The position numbers were made by a program, and so were the translations under genes. Below are positions 1 to 9,895 of a stretch of DNA of 58,083 nucleotides, piece after piece (position 1 is the first letter of the stretch; every line of letters starts with the position of its first letter). The stretch is from a virus (Duplodnaviria; Caudoviricetes), in the IMG/VR virus record IMGVR_UViG_3300046355_000105, positions 1 through 58,083 of that record. One strand, 5' to 3'. The notes under the pieces are model-generated. The model was not told the DNA's origin and searched no databases. It was given only the letters and a program-made list of their open reading frames with translations.

Positions 1-191
1 CCTTATCCGTCGCTCTCATAACAAGGTCAATTTTTTATATCCCCACACGTGGACAACATACTCCCAATTTAAAAATTACCATGGTGGTAAACTGGCCCCG
101 CTGGTCAAGCAGTTGACGCTAATCCCATAGGTTAGAAGGTCGCTGTGGGTTGGGGGTTCCCGGCCGCCAGCATCCATGTTACAGTCCGCGC

Positions 192-788
192 ATGCACAGC
201 TCCATCCATAGCGACCAGCTGCTGCGTGAACTTGCTCTTTCCATAGCCAGAAATCAAGTGGGGGCCATGTTGCCAATCCACTCGGTAGTTGCAGGCGAGG
301 GTCTCACGCAGACTGAGTACGACCAAATAGCAGCAAATCCACAGTTTCAACGCTACGTTGAGATGTACGTCAAGGAACTCAAAGACACTGGGTTCTCGTT
401 TTCGGCCAAAGCGCGAGTTTTGGCTGAGGATTTGTTGCCGACTCTGTACCACATGGCCAAAGACACGGACGTGCCAGCCGCTGTGCGCCGTCAAGCCATC
501 ACAGACATCGTCGAATGGGCTGAATTGAAGCCGAAAACCAACCAAATTGCGCAAACTGGGCCCGGTTTTTCAATCACAATCAACCTCCCGAGCGTCGGAA
601 ATGCACCCCCACAGGCCATAGTTTTGGAGGCAAATGCCACTGAAATTGAGCCAAAAATGGTAGAAAACGACGATTTCGAGGCTTTGACGGGTGATTTCGA
701 GCTGCCAAATGCAGAAAAACTGCAAAAAACGCCTTTATTCTTGGCCGAGCCCGAGAATTACGAATATGCAGGGGATGACTACTCATGA
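192..788 (+). CDS. putative terminase small subunit
   Basis: First gene of the packaging operon, upstream of TerL; helical N-terminal part, C-terminal FSITINL strand then acidic tail. ATG 192 preferred over the ORF-track start at 150. Confidence 0.55.
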   Translation: MHSSIHSDQLLRELALSIARNQVGAMLPIHSVVAGEGLTQTEYDQIAANPQFQRYVEMYVKELKDTGFSFSAKARVLAEDLLPTLYHMAKDTDVPAAVRRQAITDIVEWAELKPKTNQIAQTGPGFSITINLPSVGNAPPQAIVLEANATEIEPKMVENDDFEALTGDFELPNAEKLQKTPLFLAEPENYEYAGDDYS

Positions 789-850
789 GCGCGGCACATG
801 CGCCTATTTTTTGTATTACACTACACACACGTTATATTTCGAGGTGTGTT

Positions 851-1339
851 ATGGGCAAAAAAGAAGATGACCGCGCGTACTACGAGCGAAACCGCGAACG
901 AATCAAGGCACGCGCCAACGCGTACTACCACGACAACAAAGAAAAAGTGTCTGTCGCGCAGAGGCAATATTACGAGGCCAACAAAGACAAAGTGCTGGCG
1001 GGCAACAGGGCTTGGGCAGAAGCGAATCCAGACGCGCGGCGTAGGCACCACAGTGAATATGTAAAGCGCAACCGTGCGCTGTGGTCAGCGCAGACTGCTA
1101 CTTATCGTGCGGCTAAGAAAAAGTCCACGCCTAGTTGGGCTTCACCCGAAGCCATTAAGGTTTTCTACGCTGACGCACGTAAACTAAAAGAGCAAACTGG
1201 CAAAGAGTGGCATGTTGACCACATTGTTCCACTGCAGTCTGAGCTTGTGTGTGGGCTTCATGTGGAGCACAACCTGCAACTTCTACCGGGCCGCGCGAAT
1301 CGCGTGAAGAGCAACAAAAACTGGCCGGAGATGCCATGA
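851..1339 (+). CDS. HNH homing endonuclease
   Basis: WHVDHIVPL...VCGLHVEHNLQLL...N..KSNK HNH motif after a basic YY(E/H)xNK-repeat helix; GAGGTG RBS before ATG 851; stop overlaps the TerL start (ATGA). Confidence 0.85.
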   Translation: MGKKEDDRAYYERNRERIKARANAYYHDNKEKVSVAQRQYYEANKDKVLAGNRAWAEANPDARRRHHSEYVKRNRALWSAQTATYRAAKKKSTPSWASPEAIKVFYADARKLKEQTGKEWHVDHIVPLQSELVCGLHVEHNLQLLPGRANRVKSNKNWPEMP

Positions 1340-2781
1340 GCGTCAATTACACACCTGTTAAGTCCGTCACTCCTTACCTCCTGAGTGACAAATTCCAATC
1401 GTTCATTGTTGGCCCAGTTGGCTCTACTAAGACTACCGCGTCATTGATGAAGATTCCTCTAGAAGCGAAAAAGATTGCGCCGTGCGCCGACGGCATCCGA
1501 CGCTCACGGGTGGCTGTTGTTCGTAACACTCGCCAGATGTTGCTCGACTCAACGATCAAAGACTTCTTAGCATTGTTTCCAGAAGGGCAGGCTGGCACGT
1601 ATTTACGCACCGAACTCCGATATATTTTGAAGTTCGATGATGTCGAAGTAGACGTAATGTTCCGAGGCTTGGATGATGCCAACGACGTGCGTCGCCTGCT
1701 GTCATTGCAGCTCTCGTTTGCCATGGTGGATGAGGTGCGCGAGATTAACTCGGACGTGTTCGACGCGCTGACTGGTCGTCTGGGCCGCTACCCCAACGGG
1801 ATGATGGTGCCGCACCGCAAAGAGTGGGGTGTGGACGACAAGGGCAACCCAGTGCAGGGCTGCGTGGACGACTACGGCCGCCAGATGAAGAAAGTGTGGG
1901 GCGCGACCAACCCGCCCGACATGGACGCACACTGGGAGCAGTACCTCACCAACGCCGACCCAGAGAAAGTCCACGTCACCATCCAGCCTAGCGGTCTCAG
2001 CGAGGAAGCGGACTGGGTGCAGCACTTGCCATCGAACTACTACGAGGACTTGTGCGAGGGCAAGAGCGACGACTGGATTGACGTGTACGTCCACGGCAAG
2101 TGGGGGCGCAGCCTGTCGGGCACTCCGGTGTACCAGCGCACGTTCACCCAAGAGTTCCACGTGGCCCCAGAGAAATTGAAGGCCATCCAGAGCGCGGACT
2201 ACCCCATCACCATCGGCATTGACTTCGGGCGCACGCCCTCGGCGGTGTTCATGCAGCGTGACCCGCGCGGGCGCGTACTGGTGCTTGACGAGATTACGTC
2301 GGAGAACATGGGCATCGAGACGTTCATACAGACCAAGCTCAACCCGTTCATCGGCAACAACTACCAAGGGTTCACGTTCTCATGCGCCCCTGACCCGGCT
2401 GGGTTCATGAAGCAGCAGCTCAATGAGATGACGCTCGTGGACGCGCTCAAGGACGCTGGCTTTAAGTGCATCAAGCCGCCGACCAACGACCCAGAGAAGC
2501 GCATCGCGGCCGTGGAGCGCTTGCTCTCCCAGCAGCTCGAGGGCAAGGCCATGTTCTTGGTGTCACCCAACTGTGGGCACCTCATCAAAGGGTTCCGCTC
2601 GGGCTACAGGTACAAGGTCAAGAAGAACGGCGAGATGGAAGACAAGCCGGACAAGAACGAGTTCTCGCACATCCACGACGCCTTGCAGTACGGCGCGGCG
2701 GTGATCGACATGAATATCCGTGGCTTCGGGCTACAGCAGGGTCGGCGCGACATCCGGAAAGTCAAGTACGCATACACTTGA
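1336..2781 (+). CDS. terL: terminase large subunit
   Basis: Walker A-like GPVGSTKTT, Walker B AMVDE, coupling motif ATNP, nuclease IGIDFG and HIHDALQY; start at ATG 1336. Confidence 0.93.
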   Translation: MSVNYTPVKSVTPYLLSDKFQSFIVGPVGSTKTTASLMKIPLEAKKIAPCADGIRRSRVAVVRNTRQMLLDSTIKDFLALFPEGQAGTYLRTELRYILKFDDVEVDVMFRGLDDANDVRRLLSLQLSFAMVDEVREINSDVFDALTGRLGRYPNGMMVPHRKEWGVDDKGNPVQGCVDDYGRQMKKVWGATNPPDMDAHWEQYLTNADPEKVHVTIQPSGLSEEADWVQHLPSNYYEDLCEGKSDDWIDVYVHGKWGRSLSGTPVYQRTFTQEFHVAPEKLKAIQSADYPITIGIDFGRTPSAVFMQRDPRGRVLVLDEITSENMGIETFIQTKLNPFIGNNYQGFTFSCAPDPAGFMKQQLNEMTLVDALKDAGFKCIKPPTNDPEKRIAAVERLLSQQLEGKAMFLVSPNCGHLIKGFRSGYRYKVKKNGEMEDKPDKNEFSHIHDALQYGAAVIDMNIRGFGLQQGRRDIRKVKYAYT

Positions 2782-2805
2782 CCGCAGGATGATGGGGGGT
2801 ACAAT
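2778..2805 (+). promoter_or_regulatory. possible sigma70 promoter
   Basis: TTGACC-N16-TACAAT at the end of terL. Confidence 0.4.
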
Positions 2806-2829
2806 TCGGGCAACTTTAGAGGTGCCCCC

Positions 2830-3384
2830 ATGAGCCACATGACGACCAACTACGTGAATCCACTGACGGATTCATTCGAGCAGGCGCACGGTATGTTTGG
2901 GCGAATTTTTGTGGACGCTGGCGGTGTCAGCCCCACGGAGAATCGCCAGTATTTCATGTTCCACGAGTTTTCTGCTGCATCGGCCGGAACAGAAGTTGTC
3001 AAGGTCGTCATCACTGACGACACCGTGATGAACTCGTTCTCTATCAAAGTGATGGCTGGCACAGCACGCGTTGAGATTGTGGCTGGTGGCACTGAGGGCG
3101 GCACGTTCAACCAGACCATCACAAAGTTCCCTGTCAATGGCATGTCCACAGCGGCACCGCGCAGTTCTACGACCACAATGACATCGGGTGGAACGCTGAC
3201 TGGCGGCACGACCATGGATTTATTTCTGGTGAACACAGGTGATAATGTCAACCAGTCCTCGGGTATTACGAGCGGAGAAGACTTCGCCATTGGATTCCCT
3301 GCAGGAACGTATTACATTCGCATCACGAACACTGATAACTCAACAACAACAGGCTTGGTCAAGGCGCTGTGGACTGAGTTGTGA
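2830..3384 (+). CDS. hypothetical beta-rich protein, possibly a virion component
   Basis: Thr/Gly-rich 184-aa ORF with GAGGTG RBS, between terL and portal. Confidence 0.6.
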   Translation: MSHMTTNYVNPLTDSFEQAHGMFGRIFVDAGGVSPTENRQYFMFHEFSAASAGTEVVKVVITDDTVMNSFSIKVMAGTARVEIVAGGTEGGTFNQTITKFPVNGMSTAAPRSSTTTMTSGGTLTGGTTMDLFLVNTGDNVNQSSGITSGEDFAIGFPAGTYYIRITNTDNSTTTGLVKALWTEL

Positions 3385-3398
3385 TTTAAGGAAAACAC

Positions 3399-5489
3399 AT
3401 GGCTACTGGCATCGCCCTCATCCCCGTTGCACGCGCATCTGACTTAGAAGCTGAGTCTCGCCGCCGCAACGAAGAAACACAGAACACACCTGTCATTCAG
3501 GGGCTGGCCGCGCATGTGCGCGAGCGCTGGGACAGCGCCCGTGTTGCCAAACGCAAACTCGAAGAGCGCATGCTCCAGTGTCTGCGCCAGCGCAACGGCG
3601 AGTACGACCCAGAGAAAGCCACTGAAATCGCAGAGCAGGGCGGCTCAGACATATTCATCAACTTGACCTCGGTCAAGTGCCGCGCGGCCACTAGCTGGTT
3701 GCGCGATACGCTTTTGGGTTCGGGCGCTGACAAGCCATGGAGCATCCAAGGTACGCCAGAGCCGACAATGCCCCCTGAAATTCTCCAAGAGTTGCAGGCG
3801 ACATTGGCCCAACAGTTGATGACTCACATCGAGCAGGGCGGCATGCCACCTTCGCAAGACGAGTTGCGCCAGATGGCCATGGCCATGAAAGACGAAGCAC
3901 AGCGCTTGCTCAAGGAAGAGTCCGACGAGCGCGTGTCACGCATGGAACGCAAGATGGAAGACCAGTTGGCTGAAGGCGGCTGGCACAAAGCGTTCAACGA
4001 GTTTCTCGACGACATCGTCACGTTCCCCTACGCCGTGTTGAAGGGCCCTATCAAGCGCAAGCGCAAAACACTGCAGTGGCAGAACGGCAAGCTCGTGCCA
4101 GTGGAAACCATCCGCAACGAGTGGGAGCGCGTTGACCCGTTCATGTTGTACTGGGCCGCATGGTCGTGGGACTTAGGTGATGGCTACATCATCGAGCGTC
4201 ACCGCATGACGGCCGACGACTTGCAAGCCCTCATTGGCGTGCCCGGCTACAACGACGATGCCATCCGCACCATCCTCAACGACTTCGGCTCCACAGGCAT
4301 GAAGCAGTGGTTGTGGACAGACGCATCCAAGGCGCAGGCCGAGGGCAAGTACGTGACTGAAGCCATCATCTCTGGTGACTTGGTTGACGCGCTTCAGATG
4401 TGGGACTCGGTCAAAGGCAGCTTGCTAATCGAGTGGGGCCTGACAGAAAAAGAAATTCCTGACCCAGCGTTGAACTACCCATGTGAAGTTTGGTTGATTG
4501 GCAACGTGGTCATCCGCGCTGTGCTCAACTACGACCCACTGGGCCGCAAGCCATACTACTTGACCAGCTACGAAAACCTGCCCGGCTCAGTGGACGGCAA
4601 GGGCGTGACTGACCTGTGCCGCGACGCACAGTCGATGGTGAACGCATCCGCACGCAGCTTGGCCAACAACATGGGCATCAGCTCAGGCCCACAGGTTGGT
4701 GTGAACGTGAGCCGCTTGCCACAAGGCGAGGACATCACGGACATGCACCCATGGAAGATTTGGCAGTTCACTCAGTCTGAAGTGGCTGACAACACAGCGC
4801 CGATCACGTTCTTCCAGCCCCAGAGCAACGCCAACGAGTTGATGGCCGTCTTCGAGAAGTTCAGCGCACGCGCCGATGAAGACACCATGATTCCTCGCTA
4901 CATGTCGGGTGAGAGCAGCGCTGGCGCTGGCCGCACATCGTCTGGCCTGTCCATGCTAATCAGCAACGCTGGCAAGGGCATTAAGCAGGTCATCAGCAAC
5001 ATCGACCACAACGTCATCACTCCGGCCATCGAGCGCCTGTACCAAGACAACTTGCGCTACAGCGACGACCCAGATTTGGTTGGCGACGTGAACATCGTGG
5101 CCACTGGCGCTACCAGCTTGGTCATCAAGGAAGCTGAAGCTGTTCGCCGCAACGAGTTCCTGCAGACTGTGCTCAACAGCCCAGTGGCGCAGCAGATCGT
5201 CGGCATGGACGGCGCGGCCGAGCTGCTCCGCGACCAAGCTCGCAACCTCAGTGGCAACGTGGACCGCATCGTCCCAAGCCGCAAACAGGTGGGCACCATC
5301 CAGCAACAGCAACAGATGATCGCAGAGCTGCAAGGCCAGCTGGCGGGCATCATGGGCACAATGCAGGGCGGCCCACAAGGCCAGCTAGGTATGACCCAAG
5401 GCGCGGCACCTAAAAACATGCTCCCTGACGGCAGCCAAGTCGGCGGCCGCGAGGGCAACATGATGTCACCACGACCAAACGGCGTATGA
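3399..5489 (+). CDS. portal protein
   Basis: 696 aa, follows TerL; podoviral portal-like segments (GKGVTDLCRDAQSMVN, RTSSGLSML, KQVISNID) and a Q-rich C-terminal tail. Confidence 0.88.
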   Translation: MATGIALIPVARASDLEAESRRRNEETQNTPVIQGLAAHVRERWDSARVAKRKLEERMLQCLRQRNGEYDPEKATEIAEQGGSDIFINLTSVKCRAATSWLRDTLLGSGADKPWSIQGTPEPTMPPEILQELQATLAQQLMTHIEQGGMPPSQDELRQMAMAMKDEAQRLLKEESDERVSRMERKMEDQLAEGGWHKAFNEFLDDIVTFPYAVLKGPIKRKRKTLQWQNGKLVPVETIRNEWERVDPFMLYWAAWSWDLGDGYIIERHRMTADDLQALIGVPGYNDDAIRTILNDFGSTGMKQWLWTDASKAQAEGKYVTEAIISGDLVDALQMWDSVKGSLLIEWGLTEKEIPDPALNYPCEVWLIGNVVIRAVLNYDPLGRKPYYLTSYENLPGSVDGKGVTDLCRDAQSMVNASARSLANNMGISSGPQVGVNVSRLPQGEDITDMHPWKIWQFTQSEVADNTAPITFFQPQSNANELMAVFEKFSARADEDTMIPRYMSGESSAGAGRTSSGLSMLISNAGKGIKQVISNIDHNVITPAIERLYQDNLRYSDDPDLVGDVNIVATGATSLVIKEAEAVRRNEFLQTVLNSPVAQQIVGMDGAAELLRDQARNLSGNVDRIVPSRKQVGTIQQQQQMIAELQGQLAGIMGTMQGGPQGQLGMTQGAAPKNMLPDGSQVGGREGNMMSPRPNGV

Positions 5490-5497
5490 AAAATTTC

Positions 5498-5528
5498 TTG
5501 ACACACGTCGGGTAAGTTGGTATAGAAT
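5498..5528 (+). promoter_or_regulatory. possible sigma70 promoter for head genes
   Basis: TTGACA at 5498, followed 17 nt later by TATAGAAT. Confidence 0.45.
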
Positions 5529-5534
5529 CCGCAC

Positions 5535-5780
5535 ATGAAGATTTTCGTAGGCCAGAAGCCAGACCGGAAGCACATACAAGCGTTGTACCGCTGTAAGCTC
5601 CCAGAGAACGAGGCGCTATTGGACCTTTTTAAGACCAAGCTGGACGAGGTGAAAACCTCGCTCGTGCAGGCAGAAGACCCAGTACGCATCCACCGACTCC
5701 AAGGTCGGGCCGAGGCCCTAACAGATTTCCTCGAAGCGGTTGAGAAATCGCAAGAGGTTCTCGCCCGGCTAGGAAACTAG
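5535..5780 (+). CDS. small hypothetical protein between portal and scaffold
   Basis: Helical 81-aa ORF with IHRLQGRAEAL, in a position commonly occupied by such a gene in podoviruses. Confidence 0.7.
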   Translation: MKIFVGQKPDRKHIQALYRCKLPENEALLDLFKTKLDEVKTSLVQAEDPVRIHRLQGRAEALTDFLEAVEKSQEVLARLGN

Positions 5781-5866
5781 CCGGTTTATTGTCCGTAGCA
5801 AACCATTACGCGTAGGCAGACCGAAGTAGGAGCTGAAACGGAGTTGGAGCTTAAAGGAAACCCAAA

Positions 5867-6841
5867 ATGGCATTGCCGAAACAAGTAGAAGCCCAGTTGA
5901 AGGAACTGGAAAAGATTGAGCAGCAGATCGCTGATAGCCAGAAGCCCGCAGACCCTGCGCCTCCTGCCGACCCAGCTCCCGCAGAGCCCACACCTGAACC
6001 AACTCCTGACCCAGCAGAGCCGAAACCTGTTGAGAACAAGCCAGAATCGACAGAACCTGTCGTAGCTGAAGAGACATGGCAGCAGAAGTACAAAACGCTC
6101 AAGGGCATGTACGACGCTGAAGTGCCGCGCTTACACGCAGATTTGCGTGAGCTCAAAGGCCAAGTGGATTCACTCCGCAAAGCCGCTGAAGCCAAGCCCG
6201 CTGAACCTGTCAAGCCAGCCACGCAAGAGAAGTTGGTGACGGATGCCGACGTTGAAGCATTTGGCTCGGACCTCATTGAAGTCCAACGCAAGGTTGCCCG
6301 CGAAGTGGCAGCAGAATTTCGTGGTGAGTTAGACGCCATGAAGGCCGAGAACGAGAAGTTGCGTGAGCAGCTTACCGCTACCGGCACTCAAGTGTCTGAA
6401 GCCTCGTTTGAGCAGCGCCTGCACCGTTTGGTGCCGGATTTTGAAGCAGTCAATGCAGACCCTAAGTGGATTGCTTGGTTGAACGAAGTTGACCCGTTGC
6501 TCCGTGGCCCACGAATGACTGTTGCGCAAGGCGCGTTCAACCGTGGCGACGCTGAAGGTATCGCACACTACGTGAGTTTGTTCAAGGCCACATTGGCCCC
6601 AGCAACTCCCGCAGAGCCAGCACCAAGCAAAGCCGAAGAAATCGCACGTCAAGTCCAGCCGAATCGTTCTGCTAACAGCGCTGCACCTGTATCGCAACAA
6701 GGCAAGGTCTACACAGACTCGGACATCCAGAAGATGTTCCGCCGTTCGATTGAGTTGAGCGCCAAAGGCCAGAATGACGAGGCACGCAAACTTGAAGCTG
6801 AAATTGACTCAGCCTACAAAGAAGGTCGCGTCAAAGCGTAA
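5867..6841 (+). CDS. capsid scaffolding protein
   Basis: Pro/Glu/Ala-rich coiled coil directly upstream of the MCP; AAGGA RBS; C-terminal IDSAYKEGRV. Confidence 0.75.
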   Translation: MALPKQVEAQLKELEKIEQQIADSQKPADPAPPADPAPAEPTPEPTPDPAEPKPVENKPESTEPVVAEETWQQKYKTLKGMYDAEVPRLHADLRELKGQVDSLRKAAEAKPAEPVKPATQEKLVTDADVEAFGSDLIEVQRKVAREVAAEFRGELDAMKAENEKLREQLTATGTQVSEASFEQRLHRLVPDFEAVNADPKWIAWLNEVDPLLRGPRMTVAQGAFNRGDAEGIAHYVSLFKATLAPATPAEPAPSKAEEIARQVQPNRSANSAAPVSQQGKVYTDSDIQKMFRRSIELSAKGQNDEARKLEAEIDSAYKEGRVKA

Positions 6842-6893
6842 TTCTCTGAAGGCAGGTCGAAACCCAACCTGTTTTTTATCTTAGGAGGCCCAA

Positions 6894-7901
6894 ATGGCTG
6901 CTGTTTATCCCGTGACTGGCTCTGGTGCATTTGACACCACCCCTTCTTACTCTGGTGCTTTCATCCCTACCTTGTGGTCGGGCAAGCTCTTGGCTAAGTT
7001 CTACCAAAACACAATCTTGTCTGAAGTCACTAACACTGACTACGAAGGCGAGTTGAAGAACCAAGGCGACACCGTTCGCATCCGCTTGGCTCCTTCCATC
7101 AGCATCTCTGACTACACAGTCGGCCAGAGCTTGTCGTACGAAGTCCCCACTCCTATCTTCCAAGATATGCAAGTGAACAAGGGCAAATACTTCGGCGTGC
7201 AAGTGAACGACGTGTTGGCATATCAGTCTGACATCGCTTTGATGAACATGTTCACCGAAGACGCTGCCAAGCAACTGAAGATCGCCATCGAAAACGAAGT
7301 GTTCTTCAACAGCTTCGTTACCGAAGGCCCTGACGCTGCCAACGAAGGCGCTACAGCTGGCAAAATCTCTGCTGCTTACAACTTGGGCACTGATACTGCT
7401 CCAATCGACCAAGCAACTCCAGAGAACGTGCTCAAGGCTATCTTGCGCATGTCTACTGTGTTGGATGAGCAAAACGTGCCAGAAGACGGCCGCTTCCTCA
7501 TCATCAGCCCATACGACCGCCAGTTGTTGATGCAATCTAGCATTGCTCAAGCCTACTTCACCGGCGACCAAGCTAGCACCATCCGCACTGGCAAGATCGG
7601 CATGTTGGACCGCTTCAGCGTCTACGTGTCTAACTTGTTGCCTCGCGGTGCCGCTGGCAAGGCTTTGGTGGCTGGTTTGTCTGCTACCTCTACTGGTGGC
7701 TCTGTGACCGACGCTAAAGCACGTCGCGTGATGATCGCTGGTACTAAGCACGCTACATCGTTCGCGATGACCGTGAACAAGACCGAGCCATTGCGTAACC
7801 AAACAGACTTCGGCGACATCGTTCGTGGTCTGGCTGTGTACGGCCGCAAGGTTGTCAAGCCACAAGCGTTGGTGGTTGCCCAAGTTGGCTCCGCTAGCTA
7901 A
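6894..7901 (+). CDS. major capsid protein (HK97 fold, P22 coat-like)
   Basis: FIPTLWSGKLL, TDYEGELKNQGDTVRI, LDEQNVPEDGRF, FGDIVRGLAVYGRKVV; AGGAGG RBS; strongly biased codons; followed by a terminator. Confidence 0.92.
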   Translation: MAAVYPVTGSGAFDTTPSYSGAFIPTLWSGKLLAKFYQNTILSEVTNTDYEGELKNQGDTVRIRLAPSISISDYTVGQSLSYEVPTPIFQDMQVNKGKYFGVQVNDVLAYQSDIALMNMFTEDAAKQLKIAIENEVFFNSFVTEGPDAANEGATAGKISAAYNLGTDTAPIDQATPENVLKAILRMSTVLDEQNVPEDGRFLIISPYDRQLLMQSSIAQAYFTGDQASTIRTGKIGMLDRFSVYVSNLLPRGAAGKALVAGLSATSTGGSVTDAKARRVMIAGTKHATSFAMTVNKTEPLRNQTDFGDIVRGLAVYGRKVVKPQALVVAQVGSAS

Positions 7902-7914
7902 TCGGTGGTAAAGT

Positions 7915-7939
7915 AAAAGGGCCCTTCGGGGCCCTTTTT
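7915..7939 (+). terminator. Rho-independent terminator after the MCP gene
   Basis: AAAAGGGCCC-TTCG-GGGCCCTTTTT hairpin with U-tract. Confidence 0.9.
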
Positions 7940-7956
7940 AATTTCTGGAGAACCAA

Positions 7957-8253
7957 ATGGATATTCTTGAGTTGTTGTCCCGCCTCGGCGGTGAAGTCTT
8001 GGCGAACAAAGCCCGTGCCACCATCGACGGCGAAATCGTTATTCTCGGCCGCTTGGTCGGTGAAGAGTGGGAGCTGACTGAAAAAGGTCAAGAGCTGGCC
8101 AATCTGCACTCGAACTTGGTAGTTGACGAAGCCGCAGCTGCCGCCGCAGGCAAGCCTGCTCGCAAAAAGGCAGCTCCTGCTGTAGAATCCGAAACAGCAC
8201 CAGTTGTGGACACACCCGCAGCTGAAACTGAGCAAGCTCCTGCTGCTGAATAA
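7957..8253 (+). CDS. hypothetical protein
   Basis: GGAG RBS; 98 aa with an Ala/Pro/Glu-rich C-terminus. Confidence 0.7.
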   Translation: MDILELLSRLGGEVLANKARATIDGEIVILGRLVGEEWELTEKGQELANLHSNLVVDEAAAAAAGKPARKKAAPAVESETAPVVDTPAAETEQAPAAE

Positions 8254-8262
8254 GGCAAAAAT

Positions 8263-8895
8263 ATGAAACCCCTTAGCGCGTTCTACCCACGAATCCTGCC
8301 ATATCTGCCCGGGTGTCCCGAGCCCATGGTTGACCAAGTGCTGGTGAACTCCGCTATCGAGTTTGCTGAGGCTTCTCTGACTTTGCGTCAGAACCTCGAC
8401 ATGTTTAATACCGTGGTGGGCAAGGTTGAATACGACCTTGACCCCCCTACTAACCAACACGACATCAATCGTGTCATGGGCGTAACGCTCAACGGGCGCG
8501 AGCTACGCCCCGGCTTGTTCGAGGCCATCCGCAACGACCTGCCAACAGCTACAGCAATCCCGCGCGGCTTCTACACTGACCGCACGGACAACACATTCAC
8601 ACTTCGTCTGTCACCTCCACCAGACAAGGTGTACCCCGTCGTTGTGTCGGTTACGCTGCGTCCCGCGCGAAACGCCACACAGCTCGACGATGACCTCTAC
8701 AACATCTGGATTGACCCAATCGTGTCTGGCGCAATCGCACGTGCGATGCAGATTCCAGACCAACAATTCACGAACCCGGGCCGCGCCGAAGAGTTGCTGA
8801 TGTCCGCTGCGAAGCAGACAAACAGCTCGCGCATCGAAGGCAACTACGGCCTCGTCCGTGGCTCAATGCGTGTTCGCCCACGCTCTTTTACTTGA
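8263..8895 (+). CDS. putative head-tail adaptor / tail tubular protein
   Basis: Position after the MCP; LPGCPEP..V...AIEF and LSPPPD motifs typical of podoviral adaptors. Confidence 0.6.
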   Translation: MKPLSAFYPRILPYLPGCPEPMVDQVLVNSAIEFAEASLTLRQNLDMFNTVVGKVEYDLDPPTNQHDINRVMGVTLNGRELRPGLFEAIRNDLPTATAIPRGFYTDRTDNTFTLRLSPPPDKVYPVVVSVTLRPARNATQLDDDLYNIWIDPIVSGAIARAMQIPDQQFTNPGRAEELLMSAAKQTNSSRIEGNYGLVRGSMRVRPRSFT

Positions 8896-8903
8896 GGTAG
8901 CCC

Positions 8904-9563
8904 ATGGCATTTTCCGCCCAAAACGTACTCCAGCGCGTGGTCATCACGCTGCTCGACCCGAACGCCATTCGCTGGCCCACGGCTGAACTTGTGCGCTACC
9001 TCAATGATGGCCAGCGCGACATCGCGCTCGTGCGCCCTGATGCAACCTCGACAACAGCCACCATGGCGCTGGCCGCTGGTGCTCGCCAGTCATTACCTTC
9101 TACTGGCGCAAAACTGCTTGAAGTCATCCGCAACACGAACGGCAACAAACGCGCCATTCGTCTCGTGAGCCGTGTGGTTCTCGACGCGCAGGTGCCCAAC
9201 TGGTACAACCTGACTGGCGTGACTGAGATCAAGCACTACACGTTCGACCCACGCGAGCCTCGTATCTTCTATGTGTACCCTCCAGCAGCTGCAGAGAACG
9301 CGTCTGCGGAGCTGATTTACTCGGCGTACCCTACCGACATCACTGAGCCATCCGCAGGGGCGCTGTACTCTTCTGTGAGTGGCAACATCAGTGTGGCGGA
9401 CATCTACGTCAACGCGTTGGTGAACTACATCCTGTACCGCGCGTATAGCAAGGACTCAGAGAACACCCAGAACGCTTCACTGGCTGCCAGCTTCTACCAG
9501 CTCTACCAAAACCTGTTGGGCGTTGAACTCAGCGGCACAACTGGCGTCGCGCCGAAGGACTAA
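8904..9563 (+). CDS. putative adaptor / tail protein (DUF6682-like)
   Basis: RWPTAELVRYLNDGQR and ALVNYILYRAYSKD motifs of adaptor-like virion proteins. Confidence 0.6.
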   Translation: MAFSAQNVLQRVVITLLDPNAIRWPTAELVRYLNDGQRDIALVRPDATSTTATMALAAGARQSLPSTGAKLLEVIRNTNGNKRAIRLVSRVVLDAQVPNWYNLTGVTEIKHYTFDPREPRIFYVYPPAAAENASAELIYSAYPTDITEPSAGALYSSVSGNISVADIYVNALVNYILYRAYSKDSENTQNASLAASFYQLYQNLLGVELSGTTGVAPKD

Positions 9564-9565
9564 TC

Positions 9566-9895
9566 ATGGCTGAAAAAATCAAACTCGTTCAGAACGATAC
9601 CCGCCCTGCGCTGGTTTGCACAATCACTGATGACATCACTGGCGACCCTGTTGGCTTAACAGGCGCTACGCCTCGTCTGAAGGTTCGTGCAGTTGGTTCT
9701 GACACCCTGCAAGCGACTGTTACTGGCTCTGTGACCGATGGAACAAACGGAGTTGTCGCGTTTTACCCTGCCTCCGCCCCCGAGATGCTTGACACCGCTG
9801 GCGACTTTGAGGGTGAGATCGAGATCACATTCGGCGATGGCCAAATCCAGACGCTGTACGACGTTATCAAGTTCAAAATCCGCGAGGACTTCTAA
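9566..9895 (+). CDS. BppU-N-like small structural protein
   Basis: LVQNDTRPAL...GDFEGEIEITF..G.IQT beta-sandwich pattern. Confidence 0.55.
   Translation: MAEKIKLVQNDTRPALVCTITDDITGDPVGLTGATPRLKVRAVGSDTLQATVTGSVTDGTNGVVAFYPASAPEMLDTAGDFEGEIEITFGDGQIQTLYDVIKFKIREDF

Noticed and set aside
61-190. tRNA gene
   Set aside because: No T-loop GTTCRA or cloverleaf spacing; kept only as a generic structured-RNA candidate.
5781-5866. Structured RNA upstream of the scaffold gene
   Set aside because: Only short pairings (TCCGT/ACGGA) are visible; insufficient support without covariation data.
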